In this document: in pieces, positions 35,430 to 45,802 of the stretch
Layout of the letters: each line of letters opens with the position of its first letter
Numbering within the stretch: position 1 is the stretch's first letter
Source: a virus
Taxonomy: Duplodnaviria; Heunggongvirae; Uroviricota; Caudoviricetes
Direction: 5' to 3' (one strand)
Virus record (IMG/VR): IMGVR_UViG_3300010370_000025
DNA length: 64,000 bases
Made by a program: the position numbers and the translations under genes
The notes under the pieces: generated by a model
The model's input: only the letters and a program-made list of their open reading frames with translations
Database searches by the model: none
Told to the model about the DNA's origin: nothing

Positions 35430-35915
35430 TTATTTTGTAACAAATTCTGCTAGTGGTAAACTCATAGCATAGTTCCATTCTTTAGGAGGAATTAAAAGAA
35501 ATCGAGATCTCACATGACCATACAAATATCTATGCAATGTTTTATCAAAATATTTATACTTAGCAGAACCATTTAATATTTGATATGATAAAGCTATTTT
35601 AGTAGTTTCATCATATTGTGAATTTGTTCTTAAATCTCTTAAAGAATTCATTAATGACATTCTTTGTAAAGGATTTAAATAATGCATATTCATTCCTAGA
35701 AAAGAAGATCCGTCTGAATTTATAGGAAAAACTAGAGGATACTTGTCATAGATAGGTAGAATATTTTTAAATTTAGGATCGTAAACAAACAAATATAAAC
35801 TGCCAGGAACAATACTAGAAACAGTATTATTACTAGCGCCAGAAATTAATGCAGGAGCAGATGCTGCTTCTATTACTTTTTCTCTAAACCAATTTTTTGT
35901 GTTTTCATCAGCCAT
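35430..35915 (-). CDS. gp2: DNA end protector (gp2-like)
   Basis: YDPKFKNILPIYDKYPL, FLGMNMHYL, RYLYGHVRSRF..IP..EW. Confidence 0.9.
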   Translation of the reverse strand: MADENTKNWFREKVIEAASAPALISGASNNTVSSIVPGSLYLFVYDPKFKNILPIYDKYPLVFPINSDGSSFLGMNMHYLNPLQRMSLMNSLRDLRTNSQYDETTKIALSYQILNGSAKYKYFDKTLHRYLYGHVRSRFLLIPPKEWNYAMSLPLAEFVTK

Positions 35916-36358
35916 TAATTTTTAATACCTAGTTCTTTTTCTGTCAACACTTTAAAAATCCATTTTCTATCTTTACAAAATTCTTCTGCTGCCTTCCATT
36001 TGGCTTGGTTTATACCATAAGTAAAAACTTCTTTAATGTAGCGTCTAGAAACTTTATCTTGTTTAACAGGCTCTTTAGTTTGACCTGATGGTTTTACTTC
36101 TAAAATCATAGTTTCTAAAGTGCCTGTTCTATTTCTCATTTTAACATAAAAATCTGGAAAATATCTATGAATTTTATTATCAACTGGTGAAATATAAGGT
36201 ATAATTATTTCTTCAGATCCCCACTCAATTACCCCTGGATGCTGGTCAAAATACCTCATAACTCTCAATTCCCACAGACTTCTATAAATAATATTAGTAG
36301 GGTTACCCTTGTATTTTTCAGGATACTTCGGTTTAAATCTTCCTTTGTAACTAGCCAT
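35915..36358 (-). CDS. gp4: Head completion nuclease (gp4-like)
   Basis: SYKGRFKPKYPEKYKGNPTNIIYRSLWE, RYFPDF, EVKP, NQAKW.AA. Confidence 0.93.
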   Translation of the reverse strand: MASYKGRFKPKYPEKYKGNPTNIIYRSLWELRVMRYFDQHPGVIEWGSEEIIIPYISPVDNKIHRYFPDFYVKMRNRTGTLETMILEVKPSGQTKEPVKQDKVSRRYIKEVFTYGINQAKWKAAEEFCKDRKWIFKVLTEKELGIKN

Positions 36359-36370
36359 TATTAAATCTTC

Positions 36371-36398
36371 TATAAATATAACAGTATAAGTATTTATC
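36371..36398. promoter_or_regulatory. Divergent late-promoter pair
   Basis: TATAAATA (+, 36371-36378) toward gp48; GATAAATA (-, 36391-36398) toward gp4. Confidence 0.6.
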
Positions 36399-36413
36399 AA
36401 CAATGAGAGAATT

Positions 36414-37337
36414 ATGGCTAGCCCTGCACAACAAATGATAGAAGCAAATAGAGCTCTTACATCACAGACCTCTATACCGTCCTCTTATTCAACTTTTCCT
36501 AGTACACTACCTAATAAGTTTATTAGATTATCATTTTTTAAATATAATAGACCTGCAACGTCAGGTGCTAGTAGCAATGAGCAAATTCAAGCTACTATTA
36601 ATATGCCACTACCTATCAGTTTATTAGATCAATATGTTGCTAGATTTACAGGTGTCGATCTTGGTATTTTAGGTGGGCTTTTAATGGATGCAGGCTCTGC
36701 TACAAAAGAAATTTTTTCTGATTTCTCTATAGACAAAGTATCATCTAAAGTTCAAGAGATGTATAAATCTCTTACACCATCAGTTGCTAATGATATTGCA
36801 ACTTTATTATTAGTTAGATTTGCGGGTTATACTGCAGGCGTCGCTGGGTCACTTGGTCTAGGCGGCGGCGGTATACAAACAGCTACAGAGCAGCTTTTAG
36901 GTAGAATTGTTAACCCTAGAACTGTTTCTGCTTTTCATGGAATGAATTTAAGAACACATAATTTTCAATGGTTTTTAGCTCCTAAAAATGAAGCTGAAAG
37001 CAGATCATTAGAAAACATTTTTAGTATTATTAGATTTCATATGCATCCACCTAAAGGTGCAACTGAATATGTTATTGAATATCCTTCTGAAGTAGAAATT
37101 GACGTTATAGGTGTTGAGCAACATCTATTTTATTTTAAAAGATGTGTTATTACAGGATTTAGTGTAGATAGAACAGCCTCTGGGCAGCCTGCGTTCTTTA
37201 AAGATTCACAAATGCCAGTTATGTACAGATGTTCATTAAGTCTAAGTGAGGTAGAGACTATTCTTAGAGACGATCTACCTAATACGAGCAACGGACTTCA
37301 AGGTAATGATAACACTGCTACCGAAAATAGAAGATAA
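36414..37337 (+). CDS. gp48: Baseplate tail-tube cap (gp48-like)
   Basis: IVNPR....F.GMNLRTHNF.W.LAPKN..E, EYPSE, CVITGFSVD, LSLSEVE. Confidence 0.8.
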   Translation: MASPAQQMIEANRALTSQTSIPSSYSTFPSTLPNKFIRLSFFKYNRPATSGASSNEQIQATINMPLPISLLDQYVARFTGVDLGILGGLLMDAGSATKEIFSDFSIDKVSSKVQEMYKSLTPSVANDIATLLLVRFAGYTAGVAGSLGLGGGGIQTATEQLLGRIVNPRTVSAFHGMNLRTHNFQWFLAPKNEAESRSLENIFSIIRFHMHPPKGATEYVIEYPSEVEIDVIGVEQHLFYFKRCVITGFSVDRTASGQPAFFKDSQMPVMYRCSLSLSEVETILRDDLPNTSNGLQGNDNTATENRR

Positions 37338-37352
37338 GTTAAAGGCTATTAA

Positions 37353-37901
37353 ATGTCATATTTTAACAATTTTAATAAAGTTATGTATAATAATAAGCTC
37401 GCTGTTAATCTTTTAAACAGGGGTAAAATTAATATAGAAGCTCTTAAATCTTCTACTGCATTTTTTCCTTACGAAATGCGCGAAGGTGATAGAATGGATA
37501 ATATTGCACAATTTGCATTTCAAGATTCATTTAAAGACTGGGTAATCGCTTTTAGTAATGATGTAGTTGATCCTTATTATGATTGGTATTTAACTGACGA
37601 TCAGCTTAATGAGCATATGAAAAAGAAATATGGATCTCTAGAAGCAGCACAGGAGAATATTGAATATTGTGAAGTAACAAAATTAGATGGTAACAGCACT
37701 GATATAGATCACTATAATGCTAGAGTTACTGAACTTACTAAGACTTTAGAGGGCGCCAATAATTCATATACCTACACCGAAGTAAATTCTTTTAATATTG
37801 AGATAGAAAATAACTTAGAAAAAAGATTTGTTAAAGTTCTATTACCAGAATTTGCAGAAAGAGCTGAAAAAGAATTGCAAGTTTTATTTAAAGAAGATTA
37901 A
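37353..37901 (+). CDS. gp53: Baseplate wedge protein (gp53-like)
   Basis: MSYF..F, EGDRMDNIA, DWVIAFSNDVVDPYYDW. Confidence 0.85.
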   Translation: MSYFNNFNKVMYNNKLAVNLLNRGKINIEALKSSTAFFPYEMREGDRMDNIAQFAFQDSFKDWVIAFSNDVVDPYYDWYLTDDQLNEHMKKKYGSLEAAQENIEYCEVTKLDGNSTDIDHYNARVTELTKTLEGANNSYTYTEVNSFNIEIENNLEKRFVKVLLPEFAERAEKELQVLFKED

Positions 37902-37903
37902 TT

Positions 37904-39340
37904 ATGGCAGGTTATAATTCTACGAAAGATACTAGAAAACCTGGTGATGTCGATGTAAAGAAAGCTACAATCTTTACTCATGATAGAAAAAGAAGATTTG
38001 ATATTTCATTTCAGTTAGTATCTCTTAAAATATATGAAGACATATTTAAAAATACTATGTACGGTACCGTAACGTTCATAGATAGAATGAATTCACTACA
38101 AGAGCTGCCAATTTTAGGTGAAGAATTTTTTGAAGTTGAATTTGAAAATCCAAATATAATTGGAAAAAAATTCTCTGCTAATTTTTTTATATATGCTGTA
38201 TCTGATGTAGTGCCTGCAGAAGATAGAAAAAGTCAATTAGTTACTCTACATTTTATTAGTGCTGAGCATTTAGAGAACGCTAAAAAGCTAGTCAGTTATG
38301 CTTTTAAAAATGATAGTTTTTCTAATCACGTAAAAAGATTATTAACAGATAGTGTATTTTTAGGATCTAAAATACCTGTAGCAAGATGGACCGATTCAAC
38401 TGGGTCAAAAGGAACGTTTACTTTTCCATACCAATCATGTTTTGAAATAATAGAATATTTTAGATTGAATGCTTATAAATTTGATGATCCATCTAGTGCA
38501 TATGTATTTTTTCAAAATCAAAATGGTTTCAACTTTACAACAATAGACGACTTAATTAGAAATCCAGTTAACAAAGATGATGTTGTTGTTTTACGTCACT
38601 ATTCTGTATCACAAGTAAACCCTAGAGAACAAAGTGCAGAAGATGTTATTAACACAGCTCAAGCAGTAGTATATAATAATATTAATGATACCCTAGAAAG
38701 TATGAAGAGAGGTGTATTTACATCTCAGACTACCATATTTGATTTTCCGTATAAAAGCACATCTACTAGAGATTATAAAATAGCTTCTGACTTTAATACT
38801 TTTGCTCATTTAGATGACGGGTTAGGTTTAGATCCTAGATTTAGAACTGCAAATAGAAAACAAGCAGGCCCTAAAAATTCAAATTATTTTATAGAAGAGA
38901 TTAGTAAAGCTACATCAGGTATAGGTTCAGGAGCCGACCCTGCAATTTATGTAGGTAGAAACTTTCTTTTTCCAGAAAATTCTGATAGAGGTGTAACTGG
39001 TATTTTAGATTTTGCTGCTAGAAGATCAGCATATAATGAAATGCTTCAACAATTGCCTTTAACTATTCAAATGTTTGGAAACCCAAAACTTACTGCAGGA
39101 GCAGTAGTAGAATTATTAATTCCTACAGTTACGCATAATACCGTTGAAATGCATAAAGATGAAATGTCAAAATACATTTCCGGCAGATTTTTAATTGGTA
39201 GAGTATGCCACACTATTGAAGTAGATACTTATAAAATGACTCTAAATATATTTAAAGAAAGCTACAAAGAAAGAATTAATCCTACCGATCCGTTCTATAA
39301 TGTTGGTGGGGTTGGTCCTAGATTTGGAGGGCCTATTTAA
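37904..39340 (+). CDS. Baseplate hub protein (gp27/gpD-like)
   Basis: IYEDIF...MYG, LPILGEE, YVFFQNQNGFNF, GNPKLTAG, SGRFLI..VCH. Confidence 0.75.
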   Translation: MAGYNSTKDTRKPGDVDVKKATIFTHDRKRRFDISFQLVSLKIYEDIFKNTMYGTVTFIDRMNSLQELPILGEEFFEVEFENPNIIGKKFSANFFIYAVSDVVPAEDRKSQLVTLHFISAEHLENAKKLVSYAFKNDSFSNHVKRLLTDSVFLGSKIPVARWTDSTGSKGTFTFPYQSCFEIIEYFRLNAYKFDDPSSAYVFFQNQNGFNFTTIDDLIRNPVNKDDVVVLRHYSVSQVNPREQSAEDVINTAQAVVYNNINDTLESMKRGVFTSQTTIFDFPYKSTSTRDYKIASDFNTFAHLDDGLGLDPRFRTANRKQAGPKNSNYFIEEISKATSGIGSGADPAIYVGRNFLFPENSDRGVTGILDFAARRSAYNEMLQQLPLTIQMFGNPKLTAGAVVELLIPTVTHNTVEMHKDEMSKYISGRFLIGRVCHTIEVDTYKMTLNIFKESYKERINPTDPFYNVGGVGPRFGGPI

Positions 39341-40281
39341 TGTCTTATAGTTATATGGGTTTAGGCGGTAAAACATTTTGGTTTACAGGTGTAGTAGAAG
39401 ATGTTAATGATCCGTTGCAAATAGGTCGAGCTAAAGTAAGAGCTCATGGGTTACATGCACCTTCTAGTGTAATAACTACAGAAGATTTGCCTTGGTCTAC
39501 AGTTCTACTTCCTACTACTGCTGGTGGCGGGCAAGGTGTTAGACATACACCTGGTTTAGATGTTGGTGCTACTGTTATGGGATTTTTTATTGATGGTGCA
39601 AGCGGTCAATATCCTATTATAGTTGGTATTATACCAGGGATTAACGGAGAAACTGATTTAACAGCACCAGATTCTGGAACACTCAGTCAAGGCCGTCCTG
39701 GTGATGGGTCACCAAGTAGTGTTCCGGTAGATAACTCTCCACTACCAGTACCACCTCCTGGAGCTACTGGTGAAAGTCTTGATGCTATAAAGTCTAGATT
39801 GCCATTAAGTAATTCTGCTAAAAATAAATTAAAAGCTGATCCATGCTATATGATGAATTACTTTGAAAAAGAATTGGGGCTTTCACGTCTTCAATCTGCT
39901 GCATTAGTTGGTAACTTTGCGCATGAATCTGCTGGATTTAGTCCTACAGTAGAAAATATTGGGGATGCAAAAGATGGCACTAACAGTGTTGGTTTAGCAC
40001 AATGGAATCAAGATAGATTGACTAATCTTTATAAGTTTGCAAATAGACTACAAAAGCCATGGCAAAGCTTAGAAGTTCAAATGGCGTTTGTGGTTTGGGA
40101 AATGAATAATACACACACAGGTGCATATAATGCTCTTAAATCAGTAAATGGTAATACTGTGGGGGATCTTTATAGAGCTGTAGATGTAGTAAGAAACAAG
40201 TATGAAGTAGCTGTTGATCACCCGGATAGAAGAAGCTTTGCATATGGTTTCTTCTCAGGTTGCCCAGTAAGCAGTTCATAA
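39340..40281 (+). CDS. gp5: gp5 N-terminal part: OB fold plus tail lysozyme (Phage_lysozyme2-like)
   Basis: GVVEDVNDPLQIGRAKVR.HG.H, DLPWS, GFFIDG...QYPII.G; then QSAALVGNFAHES and GLAQWNQDRL. Confidence 0.85.
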   Translation: MSYSYMGLGGKTFWFTGVVEDVNDPLQIGRAKVRAHGLHAPSSVITTEDLPWSTVLLPTTAGGGQGVRHTPGLDVGATVMGFFIDGASGQYPIIVGIIPGINGETDLTAPDSGTLSQGRPGDGSPSSVPVDNSPLPVPPPGATGESLDAIKSRLPLSNSAKNKLKADPCYMMNYFEKELGLSRLQSAALVGNFAHESAGFSPTVENIGDAKDGTNSVGLAQWNQDRLTNLYKFANRLQKPWQSLEVQMAFVVWEMNNTHTGAYNALKSVNGNTVGDLYRAVDVVRNKYEVAVDHPDRRSFAYGFFSGCPVSSS

Positions 40282-40299
40282 TTTAGTTAGAGGAATAAT

Positions 40300-43200
40300 A
40301 TGGCATTAGATCCAGCAGCAATTTCTGGCGGTGAAGAACAGATTTATAAAACCGGTCAGTCAAAATTTATAAGTGCTTTAGCAGATATACGTAGCGCTAA
40401 AGCGCAGCTTCCTGGTGGACAATTAGAACAAGTAAGATCGCTTGCTGGTAATACTTTACAAAACTTAAATTTAATTGATCTTATTAACGTTACTGCAGGT
40501 CTTACTAATATAACTAGTGCTATTGCTAAATCATTCCCCGCTGTACCACAAGCACTACAACTTGCTGGTTCTATTGCGGGTATGACCCCTCTTACACTTA
40601 TAAATGCATTTACTGCTTTTGAAGCATTTAATAACGTAGCAGTTAATGATATTACTCTCACTCCACTTAAGAATGATATAAAAACTGTAGAAAGTATTAC
40701 TTCAAGAATTACTGGGTTTACTAACGCTAGATCATTATTTGATGGCACCACGTATGATAACTTTCTTTCTCAAGTAGCTATTTTTGATGATAATAAAAAA
40801 CCAATAGTAGTTGAGATAGATAAAGCGTTAATTAACAATATTAATCAACTAGATAAAACAACTGAAAATGTTGCAATTATTGCGGATGCTATTAAAGCAA
40901 TGGCAGATATCATTACTGCTAATTATACTTTTATGAAGCAGAAACAAAATGGTAAAACTGTAATAGATTTTAGTATTACTCTAAACTCAATTGAAAAGCG
41001 AGTAAGAAAATATAGTAAAAATGGATCTGAAAGTGTAACTACTAATTATACATCACCTATAGATTTACATTTTAGTATGGCAGGCCTTCTTTCAGGTAGT
41101 TTATTAGGTGGTTCTGGATCACTTCTAGGAGGTATTCAAGGATTAACTTCTCCAGGTACTGGTACAAATATTAGTACAGAAGCTCTAGTTAAAATGGGAT
41201 TTGGTAACAAAAATGTGTGGGAAAAATATGATAGATCTCCTTCTGCAGTAAGTGATCCTCTTTTCTGGACCGGTAAAAGACCATACGATAATCCTAAAGA
41301 AAAAGCAATTACTACATTGGCAGAATTCTTAGGCTCTAATCTAGCTAAGCAAGAAGTTCAATTAAGAAATAATAGATCTAACTTTAATGTATTTGCTTCA
41401 GCGGGACTTATAAGTGCTGCAAATAACCCTCAAGTAGTATTAGGGTATTTAAATACAGGATTTTACAGTATATTAGATGCATTTGCTATGAAGGGTGGTA
41501 GTGCTGGTGGTACTAACCTTTATGGGTTTGGGTTTAATTCAATGATGGCTGCTGGTACTACGTTAGTAAGTTCATTATTAAATGGATTACAAACACAAAA
41601 TACTAACGCTCCTGGATCACAACAAAGCGCAATTACTGTAGGCAATTTACTTAACAGCCCGCATCTTGTATCAGATTCTAATTATAGATCCGAACCTGAT
41701 ACTAATAGATTAGGTAGAGGTATCGCATATTATCCAAGCACTGTATCAAATAGAATTGATAGTACGGTAGACACACAGATTACTACAGCTACCGGTAAAG
41801 TGGTTGCCATGCCTACAAGCAAACATGGAGCACAATATCCTTTTAACGCAGTAACTTCAGGACAAGCAGGTGTTCTTCAAGAAATAGATAACACCCCTGG
41901 TAATCCTCGTTACCACATTTTCCACCCATCAGGTACTAGAATAGAAATTGATAAAGACGGGGTGCTGGTTACTCAAGTTAACTCTGATAGTTATATTCAG
42001 GTAATTGGTGATTCTACTGTAAATGTGAGAGGAAATTATCACTTAACTGTCGAAAGTGCTGCAGAAGTTTTATTTAAAAATAAAGCAAATATAGTTGTAC
42101 AAGGTGATGCAAATATTGAAGCACGTAATGATCTTAACATAGTATCATCTGGCGGCCTTAATATTAACGCTAAAGAATCTATTAGAATGAAAGCACCAAA
42201 TATTGATATTCAGTCTAATGACATGTCAATCAATGTTGCTAGAATATATTCAGAAAAAATGAAAGAGAGATATTCTGATTCTGAAAATAGAAATGATAAA
42301 GTAAAAGAAAATCATAACGAAGAATCTACAAAGAGAAGTATTACAGCTAAATCTATGGCTACTAAAACTTCAGGTGAGACCAGTATAAAAGGTACTAATG
42401 TACATGTTAACAGTGGTGGAGAAAATCCAAACCCTGTATCAACTAGTGATATACTTGATCTTAAAGATATAGATTCAGAGACATTTAAAGATGCAGGTGA
42501 TATTGAAAAAAGAGCTAACCCATCTGAAGTAGCAAGAGATTTACACCCTAATGCTCCTGATAAGCCAATGAGAGATAGCTTAGACGAGCAATCACCAAGT
42601 GCTAACCCTTCTGGATCTGGTAACCAGCAAGGTAATCAATCAGATGCAGGAAATGAAGTAGGTGAGAATACTGGTAATGTAAACCCCGGTCAAATGCCTG
42701 GGGGATCTAATCCTGGCAATTATAAGAATGTTACTATACCTAGTACTACTGGCGTACCAAACGACGGTATTCTCAATATTGTAGATAGATCTGCTGGTTC
42801 TATGGGCTGTACATTTAGAGTTACACCTCATGGGGGACTAGACAGTAGAGGTTCAGGAACTCAAAACCACCCAACTGGTAATGCGTTAGACGGATATTTA
42901 GATTGTGGTGGTGGACAAGCTACTCTAGCTCAAAAAAGTCAGTTTATTAGCAATGCAGTTCAAAATGGTGCAACTGGTATCGGTACATATAGTGAAGGGT
43001 TTATACACGTAGATAATTATCATCAAAATCTAACAGTATGGGGCAACAATGGTCGTTCTGCAACCGCAGAGCCATGGGCTAAAAATGCAGCATATGGTGC
43101 AAGCAATAAAGCTACAAATGTTGGATGTGAAGAATTTGCTAAGTTTAAAACTGGTGCAGAAGAGGGTGATAAAGTTTATTCATATAGATTATCTAATAAC

Positions 43201-43599
43201 TTCTATGTAAGACATTTTACACGAGATATTGCAGGGGGATTAGGACATTATCTTTCACCAGCATCTACTCAATCAGGAAGTACTTTATATGTAGGTGATA
43301 TACTCTGTAATCTTAAAAAAGTAGCAGAAAATATTGCAGAACCTCTATACGGTAAATATGCGCAAGACATGGTTATTCTTAGTGCGTATAGATCTCAAAG
43401 TCAAGTAAATAATTCTTATGGTGCGCACGTTTATGGATTAGCTATGGACGTGCAAAGAAAAACTATAGATAAAAAGAATAAAGAAGATAATGAAAAGTGG
43501 TTTAAAGAAGTTCAAGGCCTTGTAAAAGGAGCTACCTGTGAGCTTAAAAATAATGATGCAGGTGAGTATTGGATTCAATGCGTTCTGAATAGTAAGTAA
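40300..43599 (+). CDS. gp5 C-terminal part: beta-helix spike region plus two M15-like peptidase domains
   Basis: EPD.NRL, QYPFN, EIDNTPG..R.HIFHPSGTRIEI, beta-helix repeats; NHPTGNALD...FIHVD; SAYRS...AHVYGLAMDV. Confidence 0.8.
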   Translation: MALDPAAISGGEEQIYKTGQSKFISALADIRSAKAQLPGGQLEQVRSLAGNTLQNLNLIDLINVTAGLTNITSAIAKSFPAVPQALQLAGSIAGMTPLTLINAFTAFEAFNNVAVNDITLTPLKNDIKTVESITSRITGFTNARSLFDGTTYDNFLSQVAIFDDNKKPIVVEIDKALINNINQLDKTTENVAIIADAIKAMADIITANYTFMKQKQNGKTVIDFSITLNSIEKRVRKYSKNGSESVTTNYTSPIDLHFSMAGLLSGSLLGGSGSLLGGIQGLTSPGTGTNISTEALVKMGFGNKNVWEKYDRSPSAVSDPLFWTGKRPYDNPKEKAITTLAEFLGSNLAKQEVQLRNNRSNFNVFASAGLISAANNPQVVLGYLNTGFYSILDAFAMKGGSAGGTNLYGFGFNSMMAAGTTLVSSLLNGLQTQNTNAPGSQQSAITVGNLLNSPHLVSDSNYRSEPDTNRLGRGIAYYPSTVSNRIDSTVDTQITTATGKVVAMPTSKHGAQYPFNAVTSGQAGVLQEIDNTPGNPRYHIFHPSGTRIEIDKDGVLVTQVNSDSYIQVIGDSTVNVRGNYHLTVESAAEVLFKNKANIVVQGDANIEARNDLNIVSSGGLNINAKESIRMKAPNIDIQSNDMSINVARIYSEKMKERYSDSENRNDKVKENHNEESTKRSITAKSMATKTSGETSIKGTNVHVNSGGENPNPVSTSDILDLKDIDSETFKDAGDIEKRANPSEVARDLHPNAPDKPMRDSLDEQSPSANPSGSGNQQGNQSDAGNEVGENTGNVNPGQMPGGSNPGNYKNVTIPSTTGVPNDGILNIVDRSAGSMGCTFRVTPHGGLDSRGSGTQNHPTGNALDGYLDCGGGQATLAQKSQFISNAVQNGATGIGTYSEGFIHVDNYHQNLTVWGNNGRSATAEPWAKNAAYGASNKATNVGCEEFAKFKTGAEEGDKVYSYRLSNNFYVRHFTRDIAGGLGHYLSPASTQSGSTLYVGDILCNLKKVAENIAEPLYGKYAQDMVILSAYRSQSQVNNSYGAHVYGLAMDVQRKTIDKKNKEDNEKWFKEVQGLVKGATCELKNNDAGEYWIQCVLNSK

Positions 43600-43618
43600 T
43601 TTTTAAAAGATAAATATT

Positions 43619-44026
43619 TTGATGGAAAACATACTCAATAAAGCACCAGTAGTTTATAAAGATTTCTCAAACGATTTGGATTTACATCCAATTCGTAAAG
43701 ATATTGCAGTTCTAGAAAACGAAGAAGCAGTTAAAAGAGCATTAAAAAATTTACTTTTAACTAACTATAATGAAAGATTTTTTAATCCTTTATTTGGTTC
43801 TAACGTAAGATCGCATTTATTTGAAAACTTTACACAAACTACAGAATTAGATATAAGAGACAGTATAAAGACTGCTATAAAAAACTTTGAACCTAGAGTA
43901 AATTTACTTAACGTTAAAGTTACTCCTTCTATTGATAATAATAACATGAATGTCACAATTATTTTTAACTGTCTTAATAATATTAATGACACAGTTTTAG
44001 AGTTTATTTTAGAGAGAGTACGCTAA
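43619..44026 (+). CDS. gp25: Baseplate wedge subunit (gp25-like)
   Basis: YKDFS, NEEAVKRALKNLLLT...ERFFNP.FGS, NFEPRV. Confidence 0.93.
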   Translation: MMENILNKAPVVYKDFSNDLDLHPIRKDIAVLENEEAVKRALKNLLLTNYNERFFNPLFGSNVRSHLFENFTQTTELDIRDSIKTAIKNFEPRVNLLNVKVTPSIDNNNMNVTIIFNCLNNINDTVLEFILERVR

Positions 44027-45796
44027 GTGGCTAACACAAATTTTCTTACAGTAGATGAATTAGACTTTGTTAGTTTAAAAAATAGTTTAAAATCATTTTT
44101 AAGAAACGACCCACGTTTCTCAGATATTGATTTTGATGCTTCTAACATCTCTATGCTACTTGACATTTTATCATATAACACATATCAAAATGCTTTTTAC
44201 CTTAATATGATAGGTAATGAATCATTTTTAGATACTGCATTATTGAGAGACTCAGTAGTTTCGCATGCTAAAGAACTTAACTACACTCCTAGATCAAAAA
44301 CTTCTTCTAGAGCACAAGTTTATGTTGAATTAAGTGTATCTAATAATCAAATTCAATCAGTAGAGATTCCTCAGTTTACTAAATTTACCTCTCAAGGTAA
44401 TAATGTAACATACGTTTTCAGTAATTATGATCCTATTGTAGTAGTAAGAGCAGCAGACGGTACATTTGTTTCTGATACTTTTGAAATCAAAGAAGGTGTA
44501 GTAATTACTGAATATTTTGAAGTAAACACCTCATTAGATAATCAAAGATTTATACTTTCTAATAAAGATGTAGATACTTCCGAGATGAGAGTGTACGTTC
44601 ATAATTCAGCTAATGACTTAGAAACTAAAACACTATTCTCTCAAGCAGAAAATGTATTTGGTTTAAATACCGAATCTAAAGTATATTTTGTACAAGCCTC
44701 ATCAGGGGGAAAATTTGAATTAGTATTTGGTGATGGTGTCTTAGGATTTAAACCGCTTAACGGAAATATTATTTCTGTAACATATAGAGTATCTAAAGGC
44801 AAAGAAGCAAACGGACTTAGAGCCTTTAGCGCACAATCTATTAGCGGGTATCCAGCTGCAGTTGGTGTAGTTGCTTCTTCTAGTGATGGTGACGATGAAG
44901 AATCAATTTCATCTATTAAGTATCTTGCTCCTAGACACTATGCTACTCAAGAACGAGCTATAACTCCTAGCGATTATCAGACTCTTATTTTAGAACAGTT
45001 TCCGCAGATTAAATCAGTATATGTTTATGGTGGTGAAGAAGTAACTGATACACCACAGTATGGTAAAGTATACATAGCAGTAAGTACTCAAGATGGTACA
45101 GCTGCTTCACTACTAGTTAAAGATGAAATCTATAGTTATATTAATAGACGCAACCCTATTAGTATTGAACCAGTAATTGTTGATCCTGAGTTTGTTTATA
45201 TTAACGTAAATAGCACAATTAGAGTTGATAATGTAAATTATCAATATACTCTTAACGAAGTTAAAAATTCAGTTATAGAAAATATTAAAACATTCAATGA
45301 TGAAAACCTTGAAGGGTTTGATACTATTTTTAGATATTCAAAGCTAGTTAAATCAATAGATGATACTGTAGTTTCTATTATTAGTAATGATACTGTTATT
45401 ACTTTAATGAAAAAATATATACCTGCTATTAATACTCTACAAACTATTACTTTAAATTTTGGCAATTCTTTAGAATCTAGAAACCAAGATTACGTAGTTA
45501 CATCTACAAACTTTACATATAATGGATTATCATGTTTTATTAGAGATGATAGTCGCGGCAAATTAAAAATTTATAATATTACTTCTAGAGGTAATATTGT
45601 TGTAAAAGATAATGCAGGTACAGTAGATTATGAAAAAGGTATTGTTAAAATTGTCGATTTAAGCATCAGTGATTATGAGGGCGATTCAATAAGATTCACT
45701 ACCTTCCCTAAATCTAAAGATGTTGTTCCAGCAAGAAATAGTATATTATTAATAAACGTGAATGACGGTATTAAAGTTTACACTAGCGCAGTATAA
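44027..45796 (+). CDS. gp6: Baseplate wedge subunit (gp6-like)
   Basis: LDF..LK.SL..FL, LLDILSYNTYQNAFY.NM..NESFLDTA..RDSVVSHAK.L.YTPRS, QERAIT..DY; GTG start. Confidence 0.95.
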   Translation: MANTNFLTVDELDFVSLKNSLKSFLRNDPRFSDIDFDASNISMLLDILSYNTYQNAFYLNMIGNESFLDTALLRDSVVSHAKELNYTPRSKTSSRAQVYVELSVSNNQIQSVEIPQFTKFTSQGNNVTYVFSNYDPIVVVRAADGTFVSDTFEIKEGVVITEYFEVNTSLDNQRFILSNKDVDTSEMRVYVHNSANDLETKTLFSQAENVFGLNTESKVYFVQASSGGKFELVFGDGVLGFKPLNGNIISVTYRVSKGKEANGLRAFSAQSISGYPAAVGVVASSSDGDDEESISSIKYLAPRHYATQERAITPSDYQTLILEQFPQIKSVYVYGGEEVTDTPQYGKVYIAVSTQDGTAASLLVKDEIYSYINRRNPISIEPVIVDPEFVYINVNSTIRVDNVNYQYTLNEVKNSVIENIKTFNDENLEGFDTIFRYSKLVKSIDDTVVSIISNDTVITLMKKYIPAINTLQTITLNFGNSLESRNQDYVVTSTNFTYNGLSCFIRDDSRGKLKIYNITSRGNIVVKDNAGTVDYEKGIVKIVDLSISDYEGDSIRFTTFPKSKDVVPARNSILLINVNDGIKVYTSAV

Positions 45797-45802
45797 TAGA
45801 CA

